Shown: positions 38,893-52,653, counted from the whole stretch's first letter. The stretch: 63,763 bases of DNA, filler included, from Chiloscyllium plagiosum (GCF_004010195.1; 5 parts of one record of this genome joined end to end with filler, not necessarily neighbours in it); one strand, 5' to 3'. The notes: generated by a model not told the origin, from the sequence alone. Numbers and translations: made by a program.

Positions 38893-41879
38893 ATCTTTTA
38901 GAGGTTTATAAAATCAAGAGGGCATAGATGAGGTGAACAGTCATGTTTTTTCCCTAGGGTAGAAGAGTTCAAACCTAGGGGACATGATTTTAAGTTGAGA
39001 GGAGAAAGATTTGAAAGAGACCTGAGAGACAACTTCTTCAGGCAGTGGTTTGGGCTCTTGTTCGTGTGTGGAATGAGGTGCCGGGGAAATGGCAGTTGCA
39101 GGTACAGTTACAAAATTTAAAAGACATTTGATCAGGTCTGTGAATAGGCAACATTTGGAGAGATATGAGCCAAACACAGGTAAATGGGACTGGCTTGGTT
39201 TGGAAAACCTGGTCAGCATAGACAAGTTGGACTGAAGGGCCTATTTCCATGCTGTATGAGTCTATGACTCTATGTTTGACTCCCCAGCTCATGTTTTCTA
39301 CATCTACAGTTATCAGAGTGTGAATTTTGTAGCCAATAACCTGAATGGTGTGAGAAGGGAATATGACAAGCTGACCAGTGTACAAACATAAAACCTTGTT
39401 CTGTGTGCAATCTTAGATTTAAGTTTCATCTGTATGAAACCATGATAAATTATCCAGTGAATAGCTAATGAATTAGAATCAGCCATATTTGCTGGTAACT
39501 CCAGTAAGTGCCAAGGTTACGATAAAAGCAGGAAGGGTCACTGCACCTGAAACGTTAACTCTGACTTCTCTGCACACATGCTGCCAGGCGTGCTGAGCTT
39601 TTCCAGCAAATTCTGTTTTTGTTACAGTAATTGTTTAGATTAATAATAGAAGGAGAGGAAAGAAACCTTTCCCATTTTTCAATGGTAGGGAAATTTGATC
39701 CCGAAAGATTGAGGGATGACCTTTCAGAGGTTTATAAAGTCAAGAGGGGCATAGAAGAGGTGAATAACCAAAGTTTTTTTTTCCCTGTGAAAAATGGTAC
39801 GGGTGCTTTAAAATTATATCAAGTATTATGAGATGGAATGCAGCTCTGAAAATTTTGCTACTGCAAAGGCTGTTAGTGGTCATTCTAGTTGTCAATCCAG
39901 TGTGTTACTTTGGATACTTGATGATTGATATTTAGGATCATGCCCTGAGTTAAGAGAGTGTCTGTGTATGTTCATGTGTGACAAATTTCACAGTTCTTAT
40001 ACCCAACATAAAAAAAGGACCTACTTTCATGAACACTTGCTTTGTCTACCTTTTCATCTTAGTTTGCGAACAGCAGTTTCCTTTAACATAACAAGAAGTA
40101 GACATCTGAGCGTGCCTTTAACAAAACCTACAGAGCGAATACATACATGCCCGAAGGAAAGTTTTATCTACAGCAAGTTTAACAGAGATAGTTGCTGTTG
40201 TTGGTGTGGAATGTTATCAGTAACAAAAACCAATACAAAGTGGAAATGTAATTATAGTTGATGTTAAAGCACTTTCCAATGACCCCTTGCTAGCAGGCTC
40301 TGAGCCCAGTAAATCATACTCATCTCTTCGGTTTTGTTTACACATTTCTTTTTGCAGGTATAAACAGGCATGAGAAGCAACAGTACTGAGACAGACAAGC
40401 ACGATAAGCGGAGAAGGAGCAACAATTGAAAAGCAAAGTGGAAGTCTTCCAAATCTTCTTGCAATGCTAACATTTCCAAAGACTTAGTAACTTCAGAAAA
40501 TTAACTCAACAAGTCTTAAATGCAAATAAAAATGTGAAAAATATTCAACAGAAAATCAAACGCTACTTGAATATATGCAGTTTCACAAAAGTTATCCATG
40601 CGCAGAAATTCAGTGACGCTCCAGATGACTAGATCGGACACGAGTCTGTCTGCTTTTAATGCAAGCATAAGTCTAGTTATTGGAAAGTAATCTCCCATGG
40701 CATTGGAGAGTCAAGAGTCAGGGACAATCTTCAGCTACAACAGGATGGGAGGACAGAGTTAATTCAACCAGGAAGATAGGTGCAATACAGGCCCTATTTT
40801 AAAGTCATACTTTCTGTTCTTATTTTAAATAATACTTTGATTGTATCTTGCTATTTATGGTAAGTAGCAATGTATAAGGAAAAAAGTGGAGTCACTTGAA
40901 GCTTTAGAGTTTATCTGCACTCAGGTCTTACAGGATGCAAAATGTTAAGGTGCTACCATGGCTGTGAGACTGTAATATTACGTCATGACATTTACATGAG
41001 TGATTTCGATGATAAATATGATTTAAGTATTTAGAATGAGGAAGATGAAATCTAGAAAGAAATATGGTTTTTTCAGTCAGAAAAGGCAGAATTGTATTGT
41101 ACTGTATGCAAATTAATGCCTTTGCTAAATTACTATATAAAGGATTGTCAATATTATTTTTAGTATGGTCAGCATTGTTTCTGGGTACTGGTAATTTACT
41201 GCTGTAAATGATGAAAAAATGATAATAAGAACCAGACTTTTTCAGCAAAATATAATAGAGGTGCAACTTAGTTTTTGAATTCTGTATCTTTATTGAACAT
41301 CTTACAAAGCATCCTTCAAAGTGCTGGAGTTCTGTTTATTCTGTGATCTTGCTGCTGTGATTGCTTTCTTACAGCTGGCTTACTCATCCTTTCTTCAGAG
41401 CTTTTAATTTGCACCAATATAATTAGATTGTGACTTGTAACCTCATTCGTACCTTTCTATGAATTGTCTGGTTGCAGTGAAGATGGAGCAAGTCAGTCTT
41501 TTTAGAAAATCAGCAATAGGCCGAATGATAAAACATTCAATGAACTAAGTGTTTGAATCTTGAGTTTGTTACTTTAACATACATGTCTGCAATTTAGAAG
41601 TATTAAGTTTCACAATGGGACTTCAAAAAAATAATGCAACCTGCTGTTTATATGAGAAAGTATGGGCATTTCTGGAAAACAAATTTTGCATATTTTACAT
41701 GTCCACTTAAGGTGTGCCTAGGATGGATGTTTTCTCATTGATAATATAATTTCCAAAGTAATATTCACATTAGGATTTTGCTTTCCAATGCATTTTATTT
41801 TGTTCCAATAAATAACTGTAATTCGTTTAAAGACTGAATTAGTGCAGAACTCAAAGAAATACCATAAGCTCAACAGTAG

Positions 41880-42830
41880 GTATGCATTCTTCTAAGACAC
41901 AAACACCAAAGAGAAAGGGGAATTAACCATGGTAAACACAACAAGTTAAAGATTACCGTTAGAAAGAAGAAAGTGGCTTCCATGCATTGTAGGAAGAGTG
42001 GTAAGTCTGAACATTAGGATCAATTTATCCAGCAAAGGAGGGCCAAAGAAAAGGAAAAGAAAAAGAGAATTGAATGCAAGTTAGTGAGGAACATAAAGAT
42101 GGACTGTAAGAACTTCTATTTATATGTGATAGGAAATAGATTAACAAGGATAAATGGGAGCACATTACAGGTTGCGACAGAAGAATTTGCAATGGAGAAC
42201 AGGGAAAATGTGGAGAAACTGAACAGTTACTTGGCATTTGTTTTCTGTATTCATTGAAAAATATACGGAAAATCTCTCAGAAATACTAGATAACCAAGAG
42301 AATTTGAGTCTCCGAAGAGTGAAATGTAATTAGTATTAGTAAAGAGGTAGTATTTGAAAAAAAAACTGGATTGAACATTGATAAAACTCTTAGATCAAAT
42401 TGACTTCCATTCCAGAACATTGAAGGAAATAATAGATTGATACAAATGGATGCATTAGCATTTATCTTTCATAATTCAATAGATTATACAGGGGTTCCTG
42501 CTGACTGGAAGACAAATGAAACCCAGTATTTAATAAAAGATGAAGAAGAGGAGTGGAGAACTACAGGTCTATTAGCTGTAGGTCTGTTAGATTGCTATCC
42601 ATCGTACCAAAAATGTTATAAACTGTTATAAAGACAAGGAAACATTTAGAAAAGAATGGCAAACTTGGACATAGTCAGCATGAATTTAAGAAAGGAAATC
42701 ATGTTTAACAACCTTGTTGGAATATTTTGAAGATATTAATTGCAGCATTGATAAAGGAGAACTAGTTGATGGGATGTATTTGGATTTACAGAGGACTTTT
42801 CATAAAATTCTACACGAGGCTATTATATAA
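41880..42830 (+). mobile_element. Highly decayed CR1 ORF2 fragment
   Basis: LAFIFHNSIDYTGVPADWK, GHSQHEF, YLDLQR remnants. Confidence 0.65.
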
Positions 42831-42879
42831 AGTAATGGAGTTGGGAGTGGAATGGGGTGGAGAGTATACCAGAAGAATA

Positions 42880-43625
42880 TAAGACCATAGAAATAGGAAC
42901 AGGAGTAGGCTATTCAGCCCCTTGAGCCTGAACAGGCATTGTGGCTCAGTGGTTAGCACTGTTGCCTCACAGCACCAGGTACCCAGGTTCAATTCCAGCC
43001 TTGCGCAATTGTTTGTGTGGAGTTTGCACATTCTCCCCATGTCTTCATGGGTTTCCTCCCACTGTCCAAAGATATACAGATTATGTGAACTGGCCATGTT
43101 AAATTGCCCATGCGTTTTCAGGGATGTGTAAGTTAGATGCATTAGTCAGGGGTAAATATAGGGTAGGGGGTTACTCTTCGGAGGTTTGGTGTGGACTTGT
43201 TGGGCTGAAAGACCTGTTTCCACACCGTTGGGATTCTATGATTCTAATAGGATCATGGCTGCTCCATCTTTCCTCATGCCCATGGCTCTGCCCTTCCTCC
43301 GTAATGCTTGATTCCTCTACTGATCCAGAATCTATTTTTCTCAATGTTAAATGTGCACAAGGACATTGTTCCCAAAGCTCTATAATGGCAAGCAGTTCCA
43401 AAGACTCACAACCTTCTGAGAGAAGAAATTCCTCCTCATCTCAGTCCTAAACTTGCACCCCTTTATTCTGAGACTATGTCCCTTGCCCTAGATTCTCCCA
43501 TGAGAGGAAACAAGCGCGCAGTATTTACACTTTAAGGCTCTTTAAGGATCCTATATGTCTCAATGAGATCATCTCTCATTCTTCTAAACTCTGGTGAGTA
43601 GAGTCACAACCTGTTTAGCATACTA
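42880..43625 (-). mobile_element. CR1 3' end interrupted by an HE1-like SINE (42935-43247, +)
   Basis: CR1 tail accatagaaataggaacaggagtaggc; SINE head TGGCTCAGTGG / GGTTCAATTCC. Confidence 0.7.
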
Positions 43626-43679
43626 GTATGGATTGAAACTTGACTAATAGACAAAATGTAGAGAGTTAGACTAAGCAGG

Positions 43680-44630
43680 GAAGTGATCTCAGCTCCAAGA
43701 CATCTCTGCAGCTGTCCCTCAGGTTGGTGCCCTTGACCCAACCATTTTCGACCACACTTCATCAATGACCTTCCTTCCATCATTAGGTCAAAAGTGGGGA
43801 TGTTGACTGATGATTGCACAATGTTCAGCACCACTCATGACTCTTCGGATACAGAAGAAGTCCATGCCCAAACACAGCAAGACATGAACAACATCCTAGC
43901 TTGGGGTAACAAGTGGAAAAATTGATGCCACACAAGTGCCAGTCAATGATCATCTCCAGTAAGAGAGAACTTAACAATTGCCCCTTGACAGTCATCATTG
44001 TTGCCTCACAGAATCTTTCACAGACAAGATCTTGGGAGTTACCATTGACTAGGAACTGAACTTAACTAGGTGAAAGTGAGTACTGCAGACACTGGAGATT
44101 AGAATCAAGAATGTGGTGCTGGAAAAGCACAACAGGTCAGGCTGCATTCAAGGAGCAGGAGAATTGATGTTTTGGGCAAAAGGCCTTCATCAGGAACTCA
44201 ACTAGTCATGTAAATACTGTGGCTACAAAAGAAGGTCAGATTCTAGGAAACTGGCAGTGAATAATTCACCTCCAAGCTCCCATAAACCCATCCACCATCT
44301 CCAATACACATATCAGGTATGTGATGGAATACACTTCACTTACCTGAATGAGTGCAGCCCCAACAACACTCAATAAGCTTGACACCATCCAAGCAGCCCA
44401 TTTGATTGACACTACATCTGCAAGCATCCACTCCCTCTGTGACTGATGTTCAGTAGCAGCAGTGTGTGCTATTTACAAGGTGCGCTGCAGAAATCCGCCA
44501 AAGATCCTGAGATAGCACCTTTTAAAACCATGACCACTTCCATCAAGACAAAGGGCCGCAGACACATGAGAACACTGCCACCTGCAAGTTCCCTTTCAAG
44601 CCATTCACCATTCTGACTTGAAAATATAAG
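43680..44630 (+). mobile_element. LINE RT 3' fragment, same family as 8520-9595, with a Penelope repeat inserted at about 44071-44195
   Basis: Direct nucleotide similarity (atctcagctccaagacatc...ttcatcaatgacctt...aagcttgacaccatcc). Confidence 0.75.
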
Positions 44631-45149
44631 AGCAGGAGACCACATGACTTAGGAGCAGAAATAGACTATTCTGTTCATGAAGGGCTCTTGCCCGAAATGC
44701 GATTCTCCTGCTCCTCGGATGCTGCCTGACCTGCTGTGCTTTTCCAGCACCATACTCTCCATTCTGCTCGTCAAGTTTGATCTACTCACCATTCAATGAG
44801 ATCATAATTGATGTGACAATCCTCAACTCTACTTTCCTCCTTTTACTCTAACCCTTAATTCCCTTACTGATATGCTTCATGATCCAACCTCTACAACCCT
44901 CTCTGGTAAAGAGAGATTAACTACCCTCTGTGAAGAAATTTCTCTGAAACTGTGACTCCTTATTCTGAGATGAACACCTGCTCCTAAATCCTCCCACATG
45001 GGGAAACAACATTTTTGCATCACTCTCCCAAGATAGCGGCTCCTGAACTCCACCCCGTCTATTTCTTTTCTTTTGTTCTTTCTCATTTCACTTTTTTTTT
45101 TCATTTTACTTCCTGTCCTCAGCAGCATCAGCTAACGCGGAATCTTGGT

Positions 45150-45470
45150 TTCAGTGTGGACTTAAACTCTTGGTCTCAGTGTGAACTCAAACCCCCTGCC
45201 TCAGTGTGGACTCAATCTCCCAGTCTCAGTGTGGACTCAAACCCCCTGTCTCAGTGTGGACTCAAACCCCCTGCCTCAGTGTGGACTCAATCTCCCAGTC
45301 TCAGTGTGGACTCAAACCCCCTGTCTCAGTGTGGACTCAATCTCCCAGTCTCACTGTGGACTCAAACCCCCTGTCTCAGTGTGGATTTAAACTCCCGGTC
45401 TCAGTGTGGACTCAATCTCCTGGTCTCAGTGTGGATTCAAAGTCCCTGTCTCAGTGTGGACTCGAACACC
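45150..45470 (+). repeat. 25-bp minisatellite, about 13 copies, with 75-bp higher-order unit
   Basis: (t/c)ctcagtgtggactcaa followed by accccctg or tctcccag. Confidence 0.9.
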
Positions 45471-45747
45471 TAGCCTCAAGGTGAAGCCCAGTACGGTCTG
45501 AGTTTGAAGGACTGTTATTTTGAATTCTTATTTCTTTATTTTTAGAACTTATGGCTAGACTTCTAAATTTCTTTATTTTTCTAATTTTGTCCCTAAGAAT
45601 TATACTTAAGAATCTATATCTGGGTACCTTGGTACCTAAGATGGCACTGTAAGTGGCAACTTATAAGCTTTTCACTGTACTCAGGTGAGCACATGTGACA
45701 ATAAAGCTCATTCAAATGCTAATTCTGCATCTGTGCTGTCAAGGTAT

Positions 45748-46678
45748 TTAGAGAGTCGAGGAATAGGAGGAATAGGGAGAGAGAACAGTTAAATGCGTGG
45801 CTACAGGGATGGTGCAGGAGGGAGGGTTTCCGGTATTTGGATAACTGGGGTTCTTTCTGGGGAAGGTGGGACCTCTATAAACAGGATGGTCTACACCTGA
45901 ACCTGAGGGGCACCGGTATCCTTGGTGGGAGGTTTGATAGTGCTCTTGGGTGTGTTTAAACTAACTCTGCAGGGGCATGGGAAACCAGACTGTAGCTTTA
46001 GGGTGCAGGACCTGGAGTGTAGGGAGGTTAGGAACATGGCATCAATTTCAAAGGAGGGTGCCTGTAAACAGGAAAGTGGTTTGAAGTGTGTATACTTCAA
46101 TGCAAGAAGTATACGGAATAGGGTAGGTGAACTTGCAGCGTGGGTTGGTACCTGGGACTTCGATGTTGTGGCTATTACGGANNNNNNNNNNNNNNNNNNN
46201 NNNNNNNNNNNNNNNNNNNNNNNNNTTAATTAATTAANNNNNNNNNNNNNNNNNNNNNNNNNNNNNNNNNNNNNNNNNNNNGTTTAGACGACTGAGAGGG
46301 GATCTGATTGAGACGTATAAGATTATTAAAGGATTGGACACTCTGGAAGCAGGAAACATGTTTCCGCTGATGGTGAGTGCCGAACCAGAGGACACAGCTT
46401 AAAAATACGGGATAGACCATTTAGGACAGAGATGAGGAGAAACTTCTCCACCCAGAGAGTGGTGGCTGTGTGGAATGCTCTTCCCCAGAGGGCAGTGGAG
46501 GCCCAGTCTCTGGATTCATTTAAGAAAGAGTTGGATAGAGCTCTCAAGGATAGTGGAATCAAGGGTTATGGAGATAAGGCAGGAACAGGATACTGATTAA
46601 GGATGATCAGCCATGATCATATTGAATGGTGGTGCAGGCTCGAAGGGCAGAATGGCCTACTCCTGCACCTATTGTTTA
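45748..46678 (+). mobile_element. CR1 ORF1 esterase end plus ORF2 APE start, gap, then 3' end
   Basis: WDLYKQDGLHLNLRGT (SGNH-type DGxH) and LKCVYFNARSIRNRVGELAAW...VVAIT. Confidence 0.85.
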
Positions 46679-47094
46679 TCCCTAATTGTCCTTGAACTGT
46701 GTGACTTGATAGACATTTCCAAGGGCAGTTAGGAATCAACTGTGCCACTGTGGATCTGAAGTGACATGTAGACCAGGCTCGAATAGCAGATTTCCTTCCC
46801 TAAAGGACATTAGTGAAGCAGCTTTTTATGACAGTTGCTGGCTTCATAATCAGCATTATTGAGAATAGATTCATCATCTTGATTTACTAATTGAATTTAA
46901 ATTCAACCAGATCTGGGCATATGGCCTCCAGAGGATTAGCCTGCCTCTGATTACTAGTCCAGTGACATTCCCGCTATACTACCTCCTCCCCCAGGGAATA
47001 TACATAACTTGGATATCAGTTGGATGTTTTATCTGTAGAACTGGAATAAAGACACTTTCACATAAACATTAATCCTGGTCTACTTTATCATTTT

Positions 47095-47367
47095 CAGAGA
47101 GTAAAAGATCCCAAGGCACTATTTAGAAGATAAACGGCAAGGTTCTCCACAGTGAATGAGACAATAGATATCCCTCAATCAGCATCACTAGAAAACAGAT
47201 TATGTTGTCATGATCAGGTTGATATATTTGGGAGCTTGATGTGCACATGTTGGCTATCAAATTTCCCTCATGGTAACAGTGATGATATGTCAAAAGTACT
47301 GTACTTCATTGTCTGTAAAGTCCTTTGAAATATCCTTGAGATTTTGAAAGGTGTCCATCAAATGCAA
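47095..47367 (+). mobile_element. Deu-domain SINE (SacSINE1/AmnSINE1-related)
   Basis: gtaaaagatcccaaggcactattt...cagattat...gggagcttg.tgtgcac...caaaagtac...ctgtaaag matches the Deu core as I recall it. Confidence 0.65.
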
Positions 47368-48045
47368 TTTTTAAAAATATTTGTAGATTTTTTTTTCTCT
47401 CCCTATCAAAAAAGGTGATGAAAATAATGATGGGATTGAATAGAGTTGATACCACTCCACTGCACTGGATTTTCCAGTGGGTGACAGGCTTTTGTGGGAT
47501 CCTGAACCAGCCCACGTTGACAGCATTAGTCAGGTCAGCTTTCTGGAAGATGGTTTCCTAATTGGCTGTCTCCATCTTGCCATTCTATTGCAAACAGTGG
47601 GTGGACTCCTGATGCTGGAAGCTCGATCAGAGAGTCTTCAGTGACACCAGACTAGAGAAATGGGCAATGTCAAGGTAGGAGGGCAAGTGTGAGGGCATTT
47701 TCACATGGAGATGTTTTTAAATGTCTGCATAGAATTCATGAAATAGCCAGGCTGGTTGAAACATTGGTGCCTCAGTTTGGCACCCTATACACTTTGAAAA
47801 ACAAAGCTTAATTCATCAATGTCTGCATGCTTTCATGAAAGGCAAGTTGTGGTTGACAAACTTGTTGGAGTTCTTGGCGAACAAAACAAGCAGGGTGGAT
47901 AATGGGGATCTAGTGGATATGATATATCTAGACATTCAGCAAGTATATGACAAGGTGCCACATAAAAGACTTTACTTCACTTATCAGTGCTGCATTCAAT
48001 CCCATCTGGGATGGGATGGAGTTGGGAGAGGAGAGATTTCCAAAC

Positions 48046-48580
48046 TAATGTTCAATGTTCATGCTGTGTGGTCATAGGAAGATGAGATGTTCTTCTTCCA
48101 GTTTGTGGGTGGCCTTGTGTAGGCGGTGGAGGAAGTCCAGAATGGATACATCATTGGGGATTGGGAGGAGGAGTTGAAGTGGATGGCCACAGGAAGTGTG
48201 GTTGGTTGGTGCATGTGGACCAGAGATTTTCCCTGAACTGTTCTGTGAGTTTGTACTCGGTCTCTCCAATGTAGAGGAGACCAGATGCAATAAATGAAGT
48301 TGGAGGATGTACAAGTAAAATCTCTGCCAGATGTGGAATGATCATTTGTGGCTTTGGATGGAGATGAAGGGGGAGGTGTGGGCATAGATTTTGCATCTCT
48401 TATGGCAGCAGGGTAGGGTGTTTTGGGCATAAATCCTCCTGATGACATTCCCGATGAAGGGTTTATACCCGAAACATCAATTCTCCTGCTCCTCGGATGC
48501 TGCCTGACTGGCTATGCTGTTCCAGCTCCACACTTTTCGACTCTGATCTCCAGCATGTGCAGTGCTCACTTTCTCCTCAT
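48046..48580 (-). mobile_element. Penelope GIY-YIG fragment followed by an oppositely oriented terminal repeat
   Basis: FTCTSSNFIYCI / GLLYIGET..KLTEQFRE / KLEEEHLIF peptides; repeat at 48450-48580 on +. Confidence 0.8.
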
Positions 48581-48862
48581 ATGCAATATACTAACAATTC
48601 ATATTTCCACATTGTATATTTTAGCAGAATAAAGTTTAGCAAAAATTCTCTGTTTATTTTGAGTTTGCTTCTCTGGTTTTGAACAGACCTTAAAAGCAAT
48701 GAAATAATGATGAGAACATAAATCCAGCAATAACATGTAATTATATCAATCATGTTTGAAATTTTGATAATTCTGCATAAAGTTTTAAGTTCAAGCGTTG
48801 ATGCAGTTGATTGTAGAGAATAGCCACCAAAAAATGTTTAAAATAGTTTGCAATGCTTTATG

Positions 48863-48886
48863 TATATATATATATATATATATATA
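48863..48886. repeat. (TA)n microsatellite
   Basis: Direct observation. Confidence 0.95.
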
Positions 48887-48990
48887 TTACTGACTTCCTC
48901 AGGCTAAGGATTTGCCTTTTATTCCAATTAGGTTTAATAAAGTGAAAGTGAATACAGAGGTATTCAGAGTTGACTTGTTTCCCATTTCAG

Positions 48991-49055
48991 GTTTACTGTA
49001 TCACTGTAACAATGGGATTTTGTGTTTGACATACCCAATTGCCTGCAGGAACAAG
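48991..49055 (+). CDS. Candidate exon A of an unidentified gene (65 bp, phase 1 to 0)
   Basis: ttgtttcccatttcAG|GT...AAG|GTaggt; (x)LLYHCNNGILCLTYPIACRNK. Confidence 0.45.
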
Positions 49056-49434
49056 GTAGGTCTCCAGAATGTGAAAGGTATAAAGTTTGATTTGTCCATC
49101 ACTCAATATCCGTTGTCAGGATCAAGACAGCCGAGTTGTATCACCTTGGCTCAATATGAACAATGGTATTATCTGAAATAACTGTTACCGAACGTAATCG
49201 CTCAAAGACTGGATACAATCTGAAGAAATTATTGTTTTGACCGAGAAAGTTTAATTTGAATATTTTTTGATGTGCGTATTTTTGTCTAACATCAAATTTA
49301 TATTTAAGTTCTTTCTTTGATGTAAGATGCAGGGATATTTTCATGTAGGCAGTTGTTTTGAACATCGGAACAAAGGACAGGTCATTCACCTACCTCTTGT
49401 TTAGCCTTTCAATTAGATTACTAATGGTCACAGC

Positions 49435-52400
49435 GTAGAAGTGACCTGTACAAGAAGGACGGATTGCACCTGAATTGGAAGGGGCCGAATATATGGGCTG
49501 GGAGATTTGCTAGAGCTGCTCAGGAGGATTTAAACTAGTAAGGTGGGGGGGTGGGAGGAAGGGGGTGGGCGTGGGGGATGCGTGGGAGCCAGGGAAATAA
49601 TGAGGAAAGACTTCAATCTGAGACTGGTACTATTGGGAAAAGGAGCAAGTCAAACAGTCAGGGCAGGCAGGAACAAAGCAGAGAACAAGGTAGGACTGAT
49701 AAATTCAACTGTATTTATTTCAGTACCAAAGGCCTAACAGGGAAGGCAGGTAAACTCAGGGCATGGTTAGGAACATGGACTGGGATATCATGGCGATTAC
49801 AGAAGCATGGCTGAGGGATGGATAGGACTGGCAACTTAATGTTCAAGAATACAAATGCCATAGGAAGGACAGAAAGCTAGGCAAGAGAGGAGGGGGAGTG
49901 ATGTTTTTAATAAGGGATTGCATTACTGCTGTACTTAGGGATAATATTCCTGGAATACTTCAGGGAAGTAATTTGGGTTGAATTGAGAAATAAGAAAGGG
50001 ATGATCACTTAATTGGGTTGCATTGTGCCCCCCCTCCCAGGTAGTCAGCAGGAAATTGAGAAATTTGTAAGGACATCTCAGTTATCTGTAAGAAAAATAG
50101 GGTGGTTATGGTAGGGGGTTTTAACTTTCCAAACGTAGATTGGGACTGCCATAGTGTTAAGGGTTTAGATGGAAAGGACTTTGTTAAGTGTGGAAAAGAA
50201 AATTTTCTGATTCAGTATGTGGACATACCTACTAGAGCAGATGCAAAACTTGACCTACTCTTGGGAAATAAAGCAGGGCAGGTGACTGAGGTGTCAGTGG
50301 GGGAGCACTTTGGGGCCAACGACCACAATTCTATTAGTTTTAAAATAGAGATGGAAAAGGATAGACCAGATCTAAAAGTTGAAGTTCTAAATTGGAGGAA
50401 GGCCAATTTTGACGGTATTAGGCAAGAACTTTCAAAAGTTGATTGTGGACGGATGTTCGCAGGTAAAGGGAGAGCTGGAAAGTGGGAAGCCTTCAAAAAT
50501 GAGATAACGAGAGTCCAGTGACAGTATATTCCTGTTAGGGTGAAAGGTATGGCTGGTAGGTGTAGGGATGACTAAAGAAATTGAGGTATTGGTTAAGCAA
50601 AAGAAGGAAGCATTATGTCAGGTACAGACAACAGAAAACAAGTGAATCCTTAGAGGATAAAAGCGGTAGGAGTATACTTAAGAGGGAAATTTGGAAGGCA
50701 ACAAGGGACATGAGATAGCTTTGGTAAATAGGGTAAGGGAGAATCCAAAGGGTTTTTACAAATACATTAAGGACAAAAGGGTAACAAGGGATAGAATAGG
50801 GCCCCTTAAATCCTATGTGTGGAACCTCAGAAGATGCGGGAGATACTAAATGAGTATTTTGCATCAGTGTTTACTGTGGAGAAGGACATGGAATGTGGGG
50901 AAATAGATGGTGACAGCTTGAAAAATGCCCATATAGCAGAAGGAATAGCTGGATGTCTTAAAATGCGTAAAAGTGGATAAATCTCCAGGACCAAGTGTAT
51001 CCTACAACTCTGTGAGAAGCTAGGGAAATGATTGCTTGGCCCTTGCACACATATTTGTATCATCGATATTCACAGGTGAGGTGCCCAGATGGAGGTTGGC
51101 TAACATGGTGCCACTATATAGGAAAGGTGGTAAGGAAAAGCCAGGGAATTATAAACCAGTGAGCCTGACACCAGTGGTGAGCAAGTTGTTGGAGGGAATC
51201 CTGAAGGACAGGATTTACATGTATTTGGAAATGCAAGGACTGATTAGGAACAGTCAACATGGCTTTGTGCATGGGAAAACATGTCTCACGAATTTGATTG
51301 AGTTGTTTGAAGAAGTAACAAAGGGGATTGATGAGGGCAGAGCGGTGGACGTGATCTATATGGACTTCAGTAAGGTGTTAGCAAGGTTAAATCTCATGGA
51401 ATGCAGGGAGAACTAGCCATTTGGATACAGAACTGGCTGAAAAGTAGAAAACAGCGGATGATGGTAGAAAGTTGCTTTTCAGACTGGAGGCTTGTGACCA
51501 GTGGTGTGCCACAAAGATTGGTGCTGAGTTTACTGCTTTTCATCATTTATATAAATGATTTGGATGTGAACATAGGAGGTATAGTTAGTAACTTTACAGA
51601 TGACACCAAAGTTGGAGGTGTAGTGGACAGCGAAGAAGGTTGGCTCAGAGTACAACTGGATCTCGATCAGATAGGTCAATAGGTTGAGGAGTGGCAGACG
51701 GAGTCTAATAGAAATAAATGTGAAGTGCTGCATTTTTGAAAAGTAAATCAGAGCAGGACTTATACACTTAATGGTAAGGTCCTGGAGAGTGTTGCTGAAT
51801 AAAGAGACCTTGGATTACAGGTTCATAGTTCCTTGAATGTGGAGTTACAGGTAGATAGGATAGTGAAGAAGGTGTTTGGTATGCTTTACTTTATTGATCT
51901 GAGCATTGAGTTTAGGAGTTGAGAGTCAGGTTGTGGCTATACTGGACATTGGTTAGGCCACCTTTGGAATATTATATGCAGTTCTCGTCTCTTTCCTATT
52001 GGAAAGATGTTGTGAACTTGAAAGGGTTCAGAAAAGATTTACAAGGATGTTTCCAGGATTGGAGGGTTTGAGCTATAGGGAGAGGCTGAATAAGTCGGGG
52101 CTGTTTTCTCTGGAGCATTGATGGCTGAGGGGTGACCTTATAGAGGTTTATAAAATCATGAAATCATGAGGGGCATGGATAGGGTAAATGGACAAGGTAT
52201 TTTCCATGGTTTCGGGGAGTCCAGAAGTAGAGGGCATGGGTTTAGGGTGAGAGGGGAAAAATTTTAAAGCGACCCAAGGGGCAATATTTTCACACAGAGG
52301 GTGGTGCATGTATGGAATGAGCTGCCAGAGGAAGTAGTGGAGGCTAGTACAATTACAACATTTAAAAGGCATCTGGATGGGTATATGGGTGAGAAGGGAT

Positions 52401-52517
52401 ATGGGCCATGTGCTGGCAAATGGAACTAGATTGGGTTGGGATATCTGGTCGGCATGGATGAGTTGGACCAAAGGGTCTGTTTCCGTGCTGTACATCTCTG
52501 AGATTTGATGACTCTAT
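49435..52517 (+). mobile_element. Long decayed CR1/HER1 LINE (ORF1 end and whole ORF2 span)
   Basis: DLYKKDGLHLNWKG, GGFNFPNVDW, LDLLLGN, SQHGF, MDFSK, FTDDTK; same family as 31395-32628. Confidence 0.9.
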
Positions 52518-52653
52518 AATGATCTGAATGTCACCCTGATTCACCTGATGGAATTCCATTTGATATTATTATGATTTAAATTGATTTTTGTCTCAAAAAT
52601 CTCTATTGACCTGGCTTCAGCAACCATTCAGAGGACAGCTTAAGAAATAAACA

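Larger units (their letters stand above)
37034..39272 (+). mobile_element. CR1 with inverted 5' segment (37034-37345, -) and three nested insertions
   Basis: Minus peptide EIAWPLAEIFVSSIATGEVPEDWRVAK joined to a plus-strand RT C-terminal part; tail tctatgactctatg. Confidence 0.8.

Noticed and set aside
45150..45470. CRISPR-like regular repeat and repetitive ORFs
   Set aside because: Contiguous 25-bp tandem units without unique spacers, no cas genes, vertebrate DNA; the ORFs are by-products of a stop-free repeat
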